A DNA stretch of 64,000 nucleotides. Source: an uncultured Selenomonas sp. (GTDB taxonomy: Bacteria > Bacillota > Negativicutes > Selenomonadales > Selenomonadaceae). Numbering within the stretch: position 1 is the stretch's first letter; every line of letters starts with the position of its first letter. Shown here in pieces: positions 19,578-31,136 of the stretch. Under the pieces are notes generated by a model. The model was not told the origin of the DNA and ran no database searches. It saw only the letters and a list, made by a program, of their open reading frames with translations. The DNA lies in NCBI GenBank assembly GCA_947167105.1, contig CAMVGU010000012.1:19559-83558 (forward strand). Reading direction: 5' to 3'. Made by a program: the position numbers and the translations under genes.

Positions 19578-20990
19578 TTACAGAATAAACTGGGACAGGT
19601 CACGGTTCACCACGATATCAGACAAGCGCTTATCCACATAGGCCTCATCAATCACCACATGCTTTTCCTCCAGCTCCGGGGCGTCGAAGCTGACTTCCTC
19701 CAGCAGCTTCTCCAGCAGGGTATGCAGGCGGCGGGCACCTATATCCTCGGCACTCTCATTCACGTCGCAGGCCAGCTGGGCCAGGCGGCTGATGGCCTCC
19801 GGCCTGAACTCGATGGTCACGCCCTCGGTGGCAAGCAGGGCCTCATACTGCTTGATCAACGCATTCTGTGGCTCCGTCAGGATCTTCTCGAAATCCTCCT
19901 TGCGCAGGGATTTCAACTCCACGCGGATGGGGAAGCGCCCCTGCAGCTCCGGGATCAGGTCGGAGGGCTTGGCCGTATGGAAGGCACCGGCTGCGATGAA
20001 CAGCACATGATCCGTCTTCACTTGTCCGTACTTCGTCATGACCGTGGAGCCTTCCACAATGGGCAGTATATCACGCTGCACGCCCTCACGGGAAACATCG
20101 GCCCCGCCGGAGGTGCCCCCCTTCACAGCCACCTTGTCGATTTCGTCCAGGAAGACAATGCCCGTATGCTCTGCGACCTTCACAGCCTCCTCAGCCACCG
20201 CGTCCATATCCACCAGCTTGGCCGCTTCCTCCTGGGCAAATATCTTGCGGGCCTGGGCTACAGTAACCTTGCGCTTCTTGCGGGATTTCGGCATCAGGCT
20301 GCCGATCATGTCCTGCAGATTGTCCCCCATGCCCTCAAGGCTGGAGCCTGCGAACATGCCCACCATGGGCTTGGACTGCTCCTCCACATCTATCTCTATG
20401 GTTTCTTCTTCCAGCTCCCCTTTGTCCAGGCGCTTCTTCACCCAATCCCGGCCCGCCGGATACTTCGGCTCCGCCGGCTGCTCATCCTCCTCCTCGGTCG
20501 TGCCAAAGAGCTTGCCCAGGGGATTCTGGGACTTCTTCGGCTGGGGCACGAGGACATCAAGGATGCGCTCCACGGCCAGCTCCTCCGCTTTCTCCTTCAC
20601 AGCTTCCATACGCTGCTGGCGCACCATGCGCACTGCGGTCTCGGCCAGGTCGCGGATGATGGATTCCACATCCCGGCCCACATAGCCCACCTCGGTGAAT
20701 TTCGTGGCCTCGACCTTGACGAAGGGAGCCTTCACCAGCTTGGCCAGGCGACGGGCAATCTCTGTTTTGCCCACGCCGGTAGAGCCGATCATCAGGATAT
20801 TCTTGGGAATGACTTCCTCCTGCATGGCACCGGTCAACTGGCGGCTGCGCCAGCGGTTGCGCAGGGCAATCGCCACAGAGCGCTTGGCTTCGGCCTGCCC
20901 GACAATGTATTTATCCAATTCCGCGACGATTTCCCTGGGGGTCTGCTCATTGACGCCAATTTCGGCAATCTTCTTTTCTATCTCGGTCAT
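19578..20990 (-). CDS. hslU: ATP-dependent protease ATPase subunit HslU
   Basis: 470 aa. [16 protein letters not shown]..., Walker [16 protein letters not shown], and IVFLDEIDK. Confidence 0.97.
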   Translation of the reverse strand: MTEIEKKIAEIGVNEQTPREIVAELDKYIVGQAEAKRSVAIALRNRWRSRQLTGAMQEEVIPKNILMIGSTGVGKTEIARRLAKLVKAPFVKVEATKFTEVGYVGRDVESIIRDLAETAVRMVRQQRMEAVKEKAEELAVERILDVLVPQPKKSQNPLGKLFGTTEEEDEQPAEPKYPAGRDWVKKRLDKGELEEETIEIDVEEQSKPMVGMFAGSSLEGMGDNLQDMIGSLMPKSRKKRKVTVAQARKIFAQEEAAKLVDMDAVAEEAVKVAEHTGIVFLDEIDKVAVKGGTSGGADVSREGVQRDILPIVEGSTVMTKYGQVKTDHVLFIAAGAFHTAKPSDLIPELQGRFPIRVELKSLRKEDFEKILTEPQNALIKQYEALLATEGVTIEFRPEAISRLAQLACDVNESAEDIGARRLHTLLEKLLEEVSFDAPELEEKHVVIDEAYVDKRLSDIVVNRDLSQFIL

Positions 20991-21535
20991 GCCAGTTCCT
21001 CCACAATGATGTTATGGTTCGTATAGACGCAAATATCTGCCGCAATGGACAGGGCTTCGCTGGCGATATCCTTCGCAGGCAGCTCCGTATGCTTGGACAT
21101 GGCCCGGGCCGCTGCCAGGGCATAGAAGCCGCCGGAGCCAATGGCTGCCACATCGCCGTCCGGCTCAATGACCTCGCCGTTGCCGGACAGCATGAGAAGC
21201 TGCTTTTGGTCAGCAACCAGGAGCAGGGCCTCCAGCTTCCTGAGCACCCGATCCGTGCGCCAGTCCTTGGCCAGCTCCACCGCCGCCCGCTGCAGATTGC
21301 CATTGTAGCTCTCCAGCTTCGACTCGAACTTCTCGAACAGGGTGAAGGCATCCGCCACCGAACCGGCAAAGCCTGCCAGCACCTTGCCATGATAGAGCTT
21401 GCGTACCTTGCGGGCATTGGCCTTCATAATGGCACGCTCGCCGAAAGTCACCTGCCCGTCACCGGCTATGGCGGTCTGCCCGTTCTTGCGCACGGCGCAG
21501 ATGGTCGTAGCATGGAAGGTCATCTTGTTATCCAT
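20987..21535 (-). CDS. hslV: ATP-dependent protease subunit HslV
   Basis: [24 protein letters not shown]... (N-terminal Thr nucleophile context). Overlaps hslU by 4 nt. Confidence 0.95.
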   Translation of the reverse strand: MDNKMTFHATTICAVRKNGQTAIAGDGQVTFGERAIMKANARKVRKLYHGKVLAGFAGSVADAFTLFEKFESKLESYNGNLQRAAVELAKDWRTDRVLRKLEALLLVADQKQLLMLSGNGEVIEPDGDVAAIGSGGFYALAAARAMSKHTELPAKDIASEALSIAADICVYTNHNIIVEELA

Positions 21536-21536
21536 A

Positions 21537-22892
21537 TCAGCTCAACTCCTCTTTGAATCCCTCGATAGCCGCCAGGGCCCGCTTGGCCAGCACTCGCTTT
21601 TTATAGCCCTTGCGCTCGCCTCGCGGCACCAGCCTCAGCTCCTGCTTCGTAAGCCCTGTGTCGGGCAGCAGGCCAAAATTCACGTTCATGGGCTGGAAAT
21701 GCCTGGCCTCGCTGGTGGTAATGTAATGGGCCAGGGCTCCGTGGCAGCTTTCCCTGGGGAAAACCAGGGGGGCGCGGCCTGCAGCCAGCCGCGCCGCATT
21801 GACACCGGCCATCAGCCCGGAGGCAGCCGACTCCACATAGCCCTCCACCCCTGTCATCTGTCCCGCAAAAAACAGCCTCTCCTCGCCTTTAAGCTGGAAG
21901 GTGGCCTCCAGCTGCCGGGGCGAATTCAGGAAGGTATTGCGGTGCATCACACCATAGCGCAGAAACTCAGCCTGCTCCAAGCCAGGTATCAAGCCAAACA
22001 CGCGGCGCTGCTCCGGCCATTTCAGATGTGTCTGGAAACCCACGATGTTGTAAAGGGTCGCTGCGGCATTGTCCTGACGGAGCTGCACCACGGCGAAGGG
22101 CCGCTCCCCCGTCTCCGGATGCTCAAGCCCCACCGGCTTCAGAGGCCCGAACAGGAGCGTATCCTCTCCCCTGGCCGCCATCACTTCCACCGGCATGCAG
22201 CCCTCAAAGAACTTTTCCTTTTCAAACTCATGGGTCTCCGCCTTTTCGGCTGTGACCAGTTCCCGCCAGAAACGGCGGTACTCCGCCTCAGTCATGGGAC
22301 AGTTGATATAATCGGCGCTGCCCTTGCCGTAACGGGAAGCCCTGTAAGCCCTGGTCATATCAATGGACTCCAGGCTCACTATGGGGGCAGCCGCATCATA
22401 GAAATAGAGGGCCGCATCTCCCTCCCCCGCTGCCTGTGCCCTGCGGGCGATATCCTCCGCCAGCGCACCTGAGGTCAGGGGCCCGCTGGCAATGATGGTC
22501 ACGGCCTCCTCCCCCTCGGGGATAGCCTGCACCTCTTCATGCAGGACTGTGACCAACGGGTGGTGCGTAAGCTTCTCCGTGATATAGTCGCTGAAGCCCT
22601 GCCTGTCCACCGCCAGCGCGCCCCCCGCAGGCACCCTTGTCGCGTCTGCGGCTTCCATGATGAGGGAACCCAGGCGGCGCATTTCTTCCTTCAATACGCC
22701 CACCGCATTTTCCAGGCCGGCTCCCCGCAGGGAATTGCTGCACACCAGCTCCGCAAAGCCTGCGGTCTTGTGGGCGGGGCTGAATTTTTTCGGCCTCATC
22801 TCATAGAGAGTCACCCGCGCGCCTTGCCTGGCCGCCTGCCAGGCAGCCTCGGAACCTGCCAGGCCGGCCCCAACGATATAAATGTCCTTCAC
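21537..22892 (-). CDS. trmFO: Folate-dependent tRNA (U54) methyltransferase TrmFO
   Basis: 451 aa. FAD-binding [14 protein letters not shown] and the ELVCSNSLR motif. Position between topA and hslV matches the family context. Confidence 0.95.
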   Translation of the reverse strand: MKDIYIVGAGLAGSEAAWQAARQGARVTLYEMRPKKFSPAHKTAGFAELVCSNSLRGAGLENAVGVLKEEMRRLGSLIMEAADATRVPAGGALAVDRQGFSDYITEKLTHHPLVTVLHEEVQAIPEGEEAVTIIASGPLTSGALAEDIARRAQAAGEGDAALYFYDAAAPIVSLESIDMTRAYRASRYGKGSADYINCPMTEAEYRRFWRELVTAEKAETHEFEKEKFFEGCMPVEVMAARGEDTLLFGPLKPVGLEHPETGERPFAVVQLRQDNAAATLYNIVGFQTHLKWPEQRRVFGLIPGLEQAEFLRYGVMHRNTFLNSPRQLEATFQLKGEERLFFAGQMTGVEGYVESAASGLMAGVNAARLAAGRAPLVFPRESCHGALAHYITTSEARHFQPMNVNFGLLPDTGLTKQELRLVPRGERKGYKKRVLAKRALAAIEGFKEELS

Positions 22893-25117
22893 TTGCTCTC
22901 CTTTGCAGCCGCTTCTGCCGCCTGCTCTGCGTCCTTGGCACGCTTGGCCTCGGCACGCTCGCGCATCTTTTCCAGTTCCTTGTTGATGGGATGGCCTATG
23001 CGGCTCTCGCAGGCGTCATTGCTGCAATAGGTCAAGCCCCGTCCATTCTTGTAATGATGCTTCAGCATAAAGGAGCCGCATTTTTCGCAAGTTTCCTGCA
23101 GGGGCGTATCCCAGGTGGTGTAATCGCACTCAGGATAGTTCTCGCAGCCAAAGAAATTGCGCCCCCTGCGTGTCCGCCTCTCCACGATGCGCCCGCCGCA
23201 CTTGGGGCATTTGACTCCGGTATCTTTCAGGAGCGGCTTCGTATTGCGGCACTCGGGGAAGCCGGGGCAGGCGAGGAATTTGCCGAAGCGTCCCTGCTTC
23301 ACCACCATCATGCGCCCGCAAAGCTCGCAGGGTACATCCGATTCCTCCACCGGCAGCTCCACATGGCCAATGGCCTCGTCCGCCTTCTCCAGTGTTTCCT
23401 CGAAAGGCACATAAAACTCTTTCAGCAAGGCATTTTTATTGATTTTGCCCTCGGCAATCTCATCCAGCTCGCTTTCCATGCCTGCCGTGAATTTCACATC
23501 CACTATGTCCTTGAAGTATTCCTCCAGCATATCCACAACCACAAAGCCCAGCTCCGTGGGCTGGAAATGCTTATCTATGCGCTGCACATAGCCCCGTGCC
23601 TGGATGGTCTCGATAATGGGCGCATAGGTGCTGGGACGGCCTATGTCCTTTTCCTCCAGGGTCTTGACCAGGGAGGCGTCATTGTAGCGGGGCGGCGGCT
23701 CGGTGAAATGCTGCTGGGGCAGGGTTCTGGCAATCTCCAGGCGGTCGCCCTCCATAAGCTCCGGCAGCACCACATCCTTTTCCTTCTTGGCCGTATCCGC
23801 CCCCGCATAGACTGCCGTAAAGCCGGGGAACCTCAGCTGGGAGCCGTTTGCACGCAGACCATAGCGCTTGCCGGCCCTGATGCTGATGCTCATGGTGTCA
23901 TAGACAGCGGGCGTCATCTGGCTGGCCAGGAATCTCTGCCAGATCAGGGTATAGAGCTTCAGCTGATCCTTATTCAGGAACTTCCCTACCTCATCAGGCG
24001 TCAACTGTACCTGGGTCGGGCGGATGGCCTCATGGGCGTCCTGGGCCTTCTTCCCCGCCGCATAGACATTGGCCTTCTCCGGCACATATTTCCCGCCGTA
24101 GGCAGACAGCAAAAATTCCCGCGCTTCGCCCTGGGCCAGCTCGGAGATACGGGTCGAGTCCGTGCGCATGTAGGTAATAAGGCCCACCGGGCCGTGGCGT
24201 CCCAGCTCCAGGCCCTCGTAGAGCTGCTGGGCCAGCATCATGGTCTTGCGGGAAGTGAAGCCCAGCTTGCGCGCCGCATCCTGCTGCAGTGAGCTGGTGG
24301 TAAAGGGTGCAGAGGGTTTCCTGCGGCGCTCGCTCTTTTTAATGGCCTCGATAGCCAGCTCCTGCTGCTCGATATCCCGTACCAGGGCCAGTGTTGTCTG
24401 CTCATCCGGCAGCTTCGGTTTCTCGCCGTCCACGGAAACCAGCTCCGCCTCAAACATGGCAGACTTGGGCTTCCGAAGCTTCAGCCCCACAGTCCAGTAC
24501 TCCACCGATTCAAATGCCTGGATTTCCTTCTCCCGGTCACAGATCAGCTTCACCGTCACCGACTGCACGCGCCCGGCAGAGAGGCCCTTGCGCACCTTGC
24601 GCCAGAGCAGCGGCGACAATTTATAGCCCACGATGCGATCCAGCATGCGGCGCGCCTGCTGGGCATCCACCTGATCCAGATTGATGGAGCGCGGATGCTT
24701 CACCGCCTCCTGGATAGCCGGTTTCGTGATTTCATTGAATACTATACGGCAGTCGCTACCCGGCTCCAGCCCCAGGATGTAGGACAGATGCCAGGCAATG
24801 GCCTCTCCCTCCCGGTCAGGGTCGCTGGCCAGATAGATCTTGTCCGCATTCTTCGCATCTTTTTTCAGGGCCTTGATAAGATCCCCCTTGCCGCGGATAT
24901 TTATGTACTTTGGCTCAAAATCATGCTCCACATCAATGCCGAACTGGCTTTTGGGGAGATCCCTGAGATGGCCCATGGAAGCCCGGACCATGTATTTCCT
25001 GCCCAGATATTTTTCGATTGTCTTTGCCTTGGCAGGCGACTCCACCACCACCAGGGTTTTCTTGACGCCTTTTGCCTTCGGCTTGGCCTTTGACTTTGCA
25101 GCACTTGTTGCAGCCAA
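22889..25117 (-). CDS. topA: DNA topoisomerase I
   Basis: 742 aa. Toprim ([13 protein letters not shown]...DPDREGE), the active-site region, and three or more C-terminal CxxC zinc ribbons. Confidence 0.97.
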   Translation of the reverse strand: MAATSAAKSKAKPKAKGVKKTLVVVESPAKAKTIEKYLGRKYMVRASMGHLRDLPKSQFGIDVEHDFEPKYINIRGKGDLIKALKKDAKNADKIYLASDPDREGEAIAWHLSYILGLEPGSDCRIVFNEITKPAIQEAVKHPRSINLDQVDAQQARRMLDRIVGYKLSPLLWRKVRKGLSAGRVQSVTVKLICDREKEIQAFESVEYWTVGLKLRKPKSAMFEAELVSVDGEKPKLPDEQTTLALVRDIEQQELAIEAIKKSERRRKPSAPFTTSSLQQDAARKLGFTSRKTMMLAQQLYEGLELGRHGPVGLITYMRTDSTRISELAQGEAREFLLSAYGGKYVPEKANVYAAGKKAQDAHEAIRPTQVQLTPDEVGKFLNKDQLKLYTLIWQRFLASQMTPAVYDTMSISIRAGKRYGLRANGSQLRFPGFTAVYAGADTAKKEKDVVLPELMEGDRLEIARTLPQQHFTEPPPRYNDASLVKTLEEKDIGRPSTYAPIIETIQARGYVQRIDKHFQPTELGFVVVDMLEEYFKDIVDVKFTAGMESELDEIAEGKINKNALLKEFYVPFEETLEKADEAIGHVELPVEESDVPCELCGRMMVVKQGRFGKFLACPGFPECRNTKPLLKDTGVKCPKCGGRIVERRTRRGRNFFGCENYPECDYTTWDTPLQETCEKCGSFMLKHHYKNGRGLTYCSNDACESRIGHPINKELEKMRERAEAKRAKDAEQAAEAAAKESK

Positions 25118-25180
25118 ACTGTCACTCCCTTTCCACCCATTTCATTCGATAGGCGATTCACACGTCGCTGAAGCGACGGT

Positions 25181-26296
25181 TCACTGCCTATCCATTCTCC
25201 GATAGGCATGCCTTTCATTTTCCTGCACCAGCCCTTCCATTTCCATCTGCAGGAGCGTAAAGGCCAATGTAGATACTTCGCCATCGGGCAAGCTTTCCAC
25301 GATTTCATCCAGGGTCAGCGGATGCTCAAAGGACAACACCTGCCAGACCCGCTGCTGCTCCGGCGGCAATTCCCGGCTCCGGTGGCTTGCCGGAGGCTCA
25401 GCCAGCCCAAAGTCCTCCAGGACATCCGCCGGACGCTGCACAAGCTTTGCCCCCTGCTGCAGCAGCTTATGGCAGCCCTCGCTCTTGGGGGAAAAGATGC
25501 TGCCCGGCACTGCGTAAACATCCCTGCCGGAAGACAGGGCCAGCTCTGCCGTAATCAGGGAGCCGGAACGCTGGGCCGCCTCCACCACAACAGTCCCCTG
25601 GGCCAGCCCCGCAATGATGCGGTTGCGGGCAGGAAAAAAGGCCGGCAGCGGCTGCGTGCCGGGCACATATTCCGAGACCAGGGCACCGCCCGTCTCCAGG
25701 ATAGCTTCAAAGAGCCTGCGATTACTGGCAGGGTAGGCCACATCAACGCCACAGCCCAGCACGGCTACCGTGCGCCCGTGCCCTGCCCTGGCTGACCTTA
25801 GTGCCCCCTTATGGGAGCAGGTATCTATGCCCCGTGCGCCGCCTGAAACCACGGTCAGGCCGGCTGCCGCCAGCTTTTCGCCCAGCTCGGTCGCCACCGC
25901 CTCACCGTAGCCCGTCATCTGCCTTGCCCCCACCAGCGCACAGCGGAGGGCATCACCCACAGGAGTGCCTCGCACATAGAGCACGGCAGGCGGCTCGAAA
26001 ATTTCCTTCAATATAATAGGGTACTCAGACTGCCAGATGGTAATGAGCCTGATCTCCTTCTGCAGGCAAAGCTCCGCCAGTTGCTCAGGATAATCCGGCT
26101 GCTCCCTGCGCATGGCCAAAGCTGACTGCACCGCCCGCTCCGGCAGCTTTGGCACAGCCTCCCGCCAGGCCTCGGCCTCCGCCGTCCAGGCTGCACGCCC
26201 GCCGCCCAGGGCCTCGCACAGCGCCCGCACCCTACTGCCGCCCATCCCAGGGCAGCGTGCCAGGGCTGCGGCATAAAAGCCCTCCAGCTCGTCCAT
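25181..26296 (-). CDS. dprA: DNA-processing protein DprA
   Basis: Rossmann-like DprA core (VSGGARGIDTCSHKGAL..., VVVEA...SGSLITA). ATG at 26296. Confidence 0.9.
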   Translation of the reverse strand: MDELEGFYAAALARCPGMGGSRVRALCEALGGGRAAWTAEAEAWREAVPKLPERAVQSALAMRREQPDYPEQLAELCLQKEIRLITIWQSEYPIILKEIFEPPAVLYVRGTPVGDALRCALVGARQMTGYGEAVATELGEKLAAAGLTVVSGGARGIDTCSHKGALRSARAGHGRTVAVLGCGVDVAYPASNRRLFEAILETGGALVSEYVPGTQPLPAFFPARNRIIAGLAQGTVVVEAAQRSGSLITAELALSSGRDVYAVPGSIFSPKSEGCHKLLQQGAKLVQRPADVLEDFGLAEPPASHRSRELPPEQQRVWQVLSFEHPLTLDEIVESLPDGEVSTLAFTLLQMEMEGLVQENERHAYRRMDRQ

Positions 26297-26452
26297 ATTA
26301 TCACATCCTAGCACTTTATGTTGTAACATATTACTCTAATTTAATATAATATGCAAGTCCTGCACGCAAATTTCAGAATATAGAAAACGATGCTCTGCCA
26401 ATAAAAAAGCTGCCGCAGGCACAGGCGGCAGCCAGACAAGCAAAATATAAAT

Positions 26453-26818
26453 TCAGTCCTTCGCATAGCGCGTGATTTCTACTTCCACAAAATCGAGAGG
26501 GCCGGAAATAGGCACGGAAGGCTTGCGAATGGTCGTTGTCACGGACTTGAAATGAGAATACTTCGCCAGCATGCGATCCCCGATATGTGCACCCAGAGCC
26601 GAGAGCATCTGGAAACGCTTGTTCTCGGTTACATCCCTTACAATATCGTAGACGGAAGCCGTATCCACGCCGTCCTTCAGGTCATCAGACTCGGCAACAT
26701 TGTCATTTTTCGTCTCGACCTCGATGTCAACGTAGAACTTCTGGCCCTGCTCGCGTTCATACTCATAAACGCCATGAAAACCATAGAACATCATGTTCTT
26801 GATACGGATCTTTGCCAT
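26453..26818 (-). CDS. folB: Dihydroneopterin aldolase
   Basis: MAKIRIKNMMFYGFHGVYEYEREQGQKFYVDIEV... is a typical FolB N-terminus. ~121 aa. Confidence 0.85.
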   Translation of the reverse strand: MAKIRIKNMMFYGFHGVYEYEREQGQKFYVDIEVETKNDNVAESDDLKDGVDTASVYDIVRDVTENKRFQMLSALGAHIGDRMLAKYSHFKSVTTTIRKPSVPISGPLDFVEVEITRYAKD

Positions 26819-26994
26819 GCTGGTCACTCCTCATAAAAATGAAAATATCAAACACAATCCTACTTAGTTTTATCTTCGCGATACATGAGGAAATTCCTGC
26901 TTCAATCAGCAAAAAGTTCATCCCAAAAAGTATAAGCCACCATCAGGAATATCAGCACCCACAGAAAAAGATCTCCCATTAAGCATGCCCCCAA

Positions 26995-27024
26995 CAGAAA
27001 AGGAGAGGCAACGCCTCTCCTTTT
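26995..27024 (-). terminator. Rho-independent terminator of the NlpC/P60 gene
   Basis: aaaaggagaggc / gcctctcctttt stem with a 3-nt loop. T-run on the minus strand. Confidence 0.8.
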
Positions 27025-27035
27025 AATACGCTCAA

Positions 27036-27701
27036 TCACAATACACGACGGGCGCCGATGTAGCAGGAGCCCCAGTAAGAGCTGTACAAGGATGCCACAG
27101 ACACGCCCTGGCTTGAAGATGCATTGATAAAGTTGCCATCGCCAAGGTAGATACCGACATGGGACGCGCCATAATCATAGGTGGAGAAGAACACCAGGTC
27201 GCCCGGGATCAGCTCCCCCGTGGACACTGCATAGCCGCATTCATACTGCACATCAGCAGTGCGCGGCAGGCTGATACCGGCCTGAGCGAAAACGTACTGC
27301 ACATATCCGGAGCAATCAAACCCGTAAGGAGACGTTCCACCGAAAACATAGGGTACTCCGAGATAATTCATGGATTCACTTACGATACGGCGAGCAATGG
27401 AATTGGAGCCGCGGCTGACCTCCGGCATGCTTCTGCCAAGGAGAGCCTCATATGTATAGGGACCTACAAGGCCATCGGCCTCGATACCCAAGGATGCCTG
27501 GAATGCCTTCACAGCTTCTGCAGTGGCAGGGCCATAGTCGCCATCAGCAGCTACATCGTAGCCAAGGCTGGCGAGCTGTCCCTGAATCTCGGCAACATCG
27601 CTGCCCTGATCACCGACCCTGAAGGCCGATGCAAATGCCACCACCGCAAAAGAGCACACGAGAATAATGGTCAACGTCAGGATGCGTATTACCTTACTCA
27701 A
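27036..27701 (-). CDS. Peptidoglycan-binding-domain + NlpC/P60 (C40) cell-wall hydrolase
   Basis: Signal/TM segment, PG_binding_1-like repeat (GDQGSDVAEIQGQLASLGYDV...DGDYGPAT), then an NlpC/P60 core (GFDCSGYVQYVF...H.GIY). The only start with an RBS is TTG at 27701 (GGGAGAGG, 4 nt upstream). There is no in-frame ATG near the 5' end. Confidence 0.8.
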   Translation of the reverse strand: MSKVIRILTLTIILVCSFAVVAFASAFRVGDQGSDVAEIQGQLASLGYDVAADGDYGPATAEAVKAFQASLGIEADGLVGPYTYEALLGRSMPEVSRGSNSIARRIVSESMNYLGVPYVFGGTSPYGFDCSGYVQYVFAQAGISLPRTADVQYECGYAVSTGELIPGDLVFFSTYDYGASHVGIYLGDGNFINASSSQGVSVASLYSSYWGSCYIGARRVL

Positions 27702-27824
27702 AGAACCTCTCCCTTCTGAACTTCCTCTCACCACTTTCAGCTTTTTTTCAGTTTCCGTCCTAACATGGAAACTGGCTGCCGGTTTTGCCCGTGCAGCCAA
27801 TCAAAAGCTGAAACAACATATCAG

Positions 27825-28187
27825 CATAAGACCATCAATAAGCCGAGTTCTGTTCCGCTCCGAAAAGCGGCGACAATCATTTATCTAGGACGCCAGTTGC
27901 CCGACGCCTCAAGCGGCTTAACCCGGAAGGTCCGCGGGCCGCATCATGCCTTCCCTATTCAGCCTTGCTCCGTGTGGGGTTTGCCTAGCCAGACAGTCAC
28001 CTGCCTGCTGGTGCGCTCTTGCCGCACCTTTCCACCCTTGCCTGCGGCACGCCGCCGGCGGTCTAAATCTCTATAGCACTTTCCCTAAGGTCGCCCTCGC
28101 TGGACGTTATCCAGCACACTGCCCTATGGAGCCCGGACTTTCCTCACCTGCCCCGAAAGGCAGCCGCGATTGTCTTGATGACTTACA
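27825..28187 (-). ncRNA. rnpB: RNase P RNA, bacterial type A
   Basis: The minus strand reads ...GAGGAAAGTCCGGGCTCCATAGGGCAGTGTGCTGGATAACG...GGAAAGTGCTATAGA...ACCGCC...ACAGAACTCGGCTTATTGATGGTCTTA. These are the universally conserved P4 strands and the E. coli-like (type A) layout. The 5' and 3' ends can form P1. End coordinates are +/-5 nt. Confidence 0.93.
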
Positions 28188-28392
28188 CCAACGGGGACAG
28201 TATAGCACTTTTAGCAACACCTGTCAAATTTAGGTACTAAATATAGTGAATGCCCCTCTATACCTTGTGTTTATGCGCCTTTTTGCACGATTTTGGTCAT
28301 GTCTGGACTTTTCAAATCATAATTTTTTTTATATACTATAGACAGGTTAAAATTTTCTGATTCCGTAGACTGAAGAAAGAGGTGCTTTTTCC

Positions 28393-29103
28393 ATGAGTAC
28401 ACCACATATCGCCGCCGAAAGCAGCCAGATAGCCGAGCGCATCCTGCTGCCGGGAGATCCCCTGCGAGCCAAATTCATTGCCGAAAATTTTCTTGAAGGC
28501 GCTGTGGAATATACGCATATACGCAACAATCTCGGCTATACGGGCACTTACAAGGGAGTGCCTGTCTCCGTCCAGGCCACCGGCATGGGCATGCCCTCCA
28601 TCTCCATCTACGCCCACGAGCTGATGAAAGTCTTCGGCTGCCAAAAACTCATCCGGGTGGGCACCTGCGGTGCCATGCACGAAGACCTGAACCTGAAAGA
28701 TGTGCTGATTGCCCAGGCCTCTACCACGGATTCCGGCATGATGAAAAGCATCTTCGGCCCCATTATGAATTACGCACCCATTGCGGACTTCACCCTGCTG
28801 CGGCGCGCTGCGGAGAATGCCGAGAAGATGAACCTGCCCGTCAAAGTTGGCAATGTCTTTTCCTGTGACCGCTTCTATGATGACGATGTGGATAACGACC
28901 GCCTGCGCAAGTACGGCATCCTGGCCGTGGAAATGGAATCTGCGGCCCTCTACACCATAGCCGCAGAGTTCCACCGCCAGGCCCTGTCCATCTTCACGGT
29001 CAGCGACCACCTGCTGAAGCACCAGGCCTGCACCGCCGAGGAGCGCCAGACCACCTTCACGGACATGATAGAGCTGGCACTGGCAACCATTATAGAAGAT
29101 TGA
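28393..29103 (+). CDS. deoD: Purine nucleoside phosphorylase, DeoD type
   Basis: 236 aa. TPHI...LLPGDPLRAKFIAE...YTG.YKG..VSV..TGMGMPS.SIY..EL and VEMESAALY are DeoD hallmarks. Confidence 0.93.
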   Translation: MSTPHIAAESSQIAERILLPGDPLRAKFIAENFLEGAVEYTHIRNNLGYTGTYKGVPVSVQATGMGMPSISIYAHELMKVFGCQKLIRVGTCGAMHEDLNLKDVLIAQASTTDSGMMKSIFGPIMNYAPIADFTLLRRAAENAEKMNLPVKVGNVFSCDRFYDDDVDNDRLRKYGILAVEMESAALYTIAAEFHRQALSIFTVSDHLLKHQACTAEERQTTFTDMIELALATIIED

Positions 29104-29141
29104 GGCGCGTTATACTCGTTAGCGCCCAGGGATGGGCGCCG

Positions 29142-29186
29142 CCCCACTCGTTCCCAGGGAAGGGAACAAGTGGGGCTGTTTTCTTT
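29142..29186 (+). terminator. Terminator of deoD
   Basis: ccccactcgttccc / gggaacaagtgggg stem (one mismatch), followed by ctgttttctttgg. Confidence 0.7.
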
Positions 29187-29187
29187 G

Positions 29188-29219
29188 GTTACTTTCTTTG
29201 TCAACACAAAGAAAGTAAC
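29188..29219 (-). terminator. Perfect 14-bp inverted repeat downstream of fbp (possible terminator)
   Basis: gttactttctttgt-caac-acaaagaaagtaac. No clear U-tract on the minus strand, so terminator function is uncertain. Confidence 0.4.
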
Positions 29220-29231
29220 ACCACTAGCCAA

Positions 29232-31136
29232 TCACTGCGGCTTCAGCAGGCCATTCTGATAAGCCAGCAGCAAATTATAAAGATCCGTGATTTCCTCCTG
29301 AATAGCCCGTCCTTCATCCGTATCACCCACCGTCGTGCGGGCCGAGACCAGCTCCACAGTCTCTGAAACAGACTCAATATCCTGGTTTTCCCGCAGGGCC
29401 TCACGCACATCCGCGATTTTCTGATGGGCCAGCAGGCGCAGGCCACGGGAATTGGAAATAAGCGTAAAACCGGATATGCCGGTTTTTTTATGGTAAGCCT
29501 TGCAGAAGCCGCCATCTATGATTATACATTTGCCCCCCGCCTTCACCGGAGTCTCGCCTTTCCTCACCTTCACCGGCACATGACCGTTCACGATATGCCC
29601 CCGCTCAGGGTCCAGCCCGAATTCCTCCAATACCAGCTTGCAATACACAGGATCATTCAGGTATTTGAAATAGGGGTCGGAAGGCTCCTGCCAGGTGCTC
29701 TCATCCGCAATCAGTATGCGCTCAAATGTCTTCATCTCCCGGCCGGATGCAGGTGACAGGCGGCCACACCACAGGAAATACATGAAATCCAGCGCCTGCT
29801 CCGTCCGGTACAGATACGCCTCACGGGCCTTCGCATCACAAAAAGCGAACCAACTGCGCCCGGCATACTCCTTCCCGCCGAATTTTATCCTGCGGAAAGA
29901 GCCGTCCTCCTCCATCAGCACGCAGCCATGGAACAGCAGATTGCCATTATAGCAACTGTACAGGCTGCCCTTCTGGTACAAATAATCCAAATGCTTCTTG
30001 AGGGTCGCGCTCTCAGTGAAATAGGACTTGAGGTCAGCCATGATGGCTCTCTCTGCCTCAGTCAGTTCAAAGGGGTCTGCCGTCCCCTCATCTATCGTGG
30101 GGAAGTACGCGCTTGCAAGCTCGTAGCGCTTGCCGTCTCCCAGCGTCGCATAGCAGGAACGGAAATCTATCTTGTCCAGCAGCAGGCGGCTTTGCATCTG
30201 GAAGTCAGGATTGCGGCGGATAAGCTGCCCCTCCAGCTTCAGCATCATAATGGCGGCTGCACGCTCCCCCGCCTTGATGGGGTTCTCATCAGGATAAATG
30301 CGGGTTGCGAAGGTCGTCAGGGGGCGCAGGGAAATGCCATAGCCCCGCTCCAGCACATCCGTATGCTTGTAGCGCAGGCAGTTCCTGACCACCGTTGCAA
30401 TGCAGGCTTCACTCCCCAGGGCCGCCCCCATCCACAGCACATCATGGTTGCCCCACTGTATATCAACAGAAGGATGCTGCATCAAGTCGTTCAAAATGGC
30501 ATCGGGACGGCCACCCCTGTCAAAAAAGTCACCGACAATATGCAGGCGATCCACAGCCAGGCGCTTAATAAGCACCGTGAAAGCCTTGATGAAATCCGCC
30601 CCGCTATCAATCTGCACAACAGTGTCCAGCAGGCGCTTATGGTAGATGAACTGCGCATTATCCGTCTCCGGCCGCGTATTCATCATCTCCACGATAACCG
30701 ACTTATAGCCCTTTGGTATAAAGCCCGCCACCTTTGAAGCCGGATACTTGTAGCTCATCAGCTTGGCCAGCTCCAGCAAATGGGAAAGATTCTCACGGTA
30801 CCAGGCCGGTGTGGCCTCCCTGCGCCTTACGACCTGCTCTATCTTTTCCCTGGGATAGTAAATCAGCGTGCAGAACTCCGCCTTCTGCGCCTCCGTCAGC
30901 CGCTCGCCGAAAACATACTCCACTTTTTCGCGTATGACACCGGAGCAATTATTCAAGATATGGTAAAAAGACGCATACTCGCCATGCAAATCGCTCATGA
31001 AATGCTCAATGCCCTTCGGCAGTGGCAACTGTGACTGCAAATAAATCAGCTTCTCATACACAGCCTCCTTGGTCGGATACTTATCAGCCAGCAGCCGCAA
31101 CAGCTTCGTCGGCCGCCCCTGGGCTAACTTAGTCAT
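29232..31136 (-). CDS. fbp: Fructose-1,6-bisphosphatase, class 3
   Basis: 634 aa. N-terminus LLADKYPTKEAVYEKLIYLQSQLPLPKGIEHFMSDLHGEY and the metallophosphatase motifs (GDFFDRG, GNHD) match class III FBPase. Confidence 0.93.
   Translation of the reverse strand: MTKLAQGRPTKLLRLLADKYPTKEAVYEKLIYLQSQLPLPKGIEHFMSDLHGEYASFYHILNNCSGVIREKVEYVFGERLTEAQKAEFCTLIYYPREKIEQVVRRREATPAWYRENLSHLLELAKLMSYKYPASKVAGFIPKGYKSVIVEMMNTRPETDNAQFIYHKRLLDTVVQIDSGADFIKAFTVLIKRLAVDRLHIVGDFFDRGGRPDAILNDLMQHPSVDIQWGNHDVLWMGAALGSEACIATVVRNCLRYKHTDVLERGYGISLRPLTTFATRIYPDENPIKAGERAAAIMMLKLEGQLIRRNPDFQMQSRLLLDKIDFRSCYATLGDGKRYELASAYFPTIDEGTADPFELTEAERAIMADLKSYFTESATLKKHLDYLYQKGSLYSCYNGNLLFHGCVLMEEDGSFRRIKFGGKEYAGRSWFAFCDAKAREAYLYRTEQALDFMYFLWCGRLSPASGREMKTFERILIADESTWQEPSDPYFKYLNDPVYCKLVLEEFGLDPERGHIVNGHVPVKVRKGETPVKAGGKCIIIDGGFCKAYHKKTGISGFTLISNSRGLRLLAHQKIADVREALRENQDIESVSETVELVSARTTVGDTDEGRAIQEEITDLYNLLLAYQNGLLKPQ

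Noticed and set aside
26907-26984. 25-aa hydrophobic mini-ORF (MGDLFLWVLIFLMVAYTFWDELFAD) on the minus strand between folB and the P60 terminator.
   Set aside because: Too short, and without a convincing RBS. It cannot be distinguished from chance.
27702-27824. Possible riboswitch (for example the c-di-AMP/ydaO type, often found before NlpC/P60 genes) in the leader of the cell-wall hydrolase gene.
   Set aside because: Only ~120 nt separate the rnpB 3' end from the TTG start. I see two short hairpins but none of the conserved riboswitch motifs I can recall, so it cannot be supported without a covariance-model search.
27765-28233. Two plus-strand ORFs (103 and 95 aa).
   Set aside because: They overlap the RNase P RNA gene on the opposite strand. 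The region is explained by rnpB.
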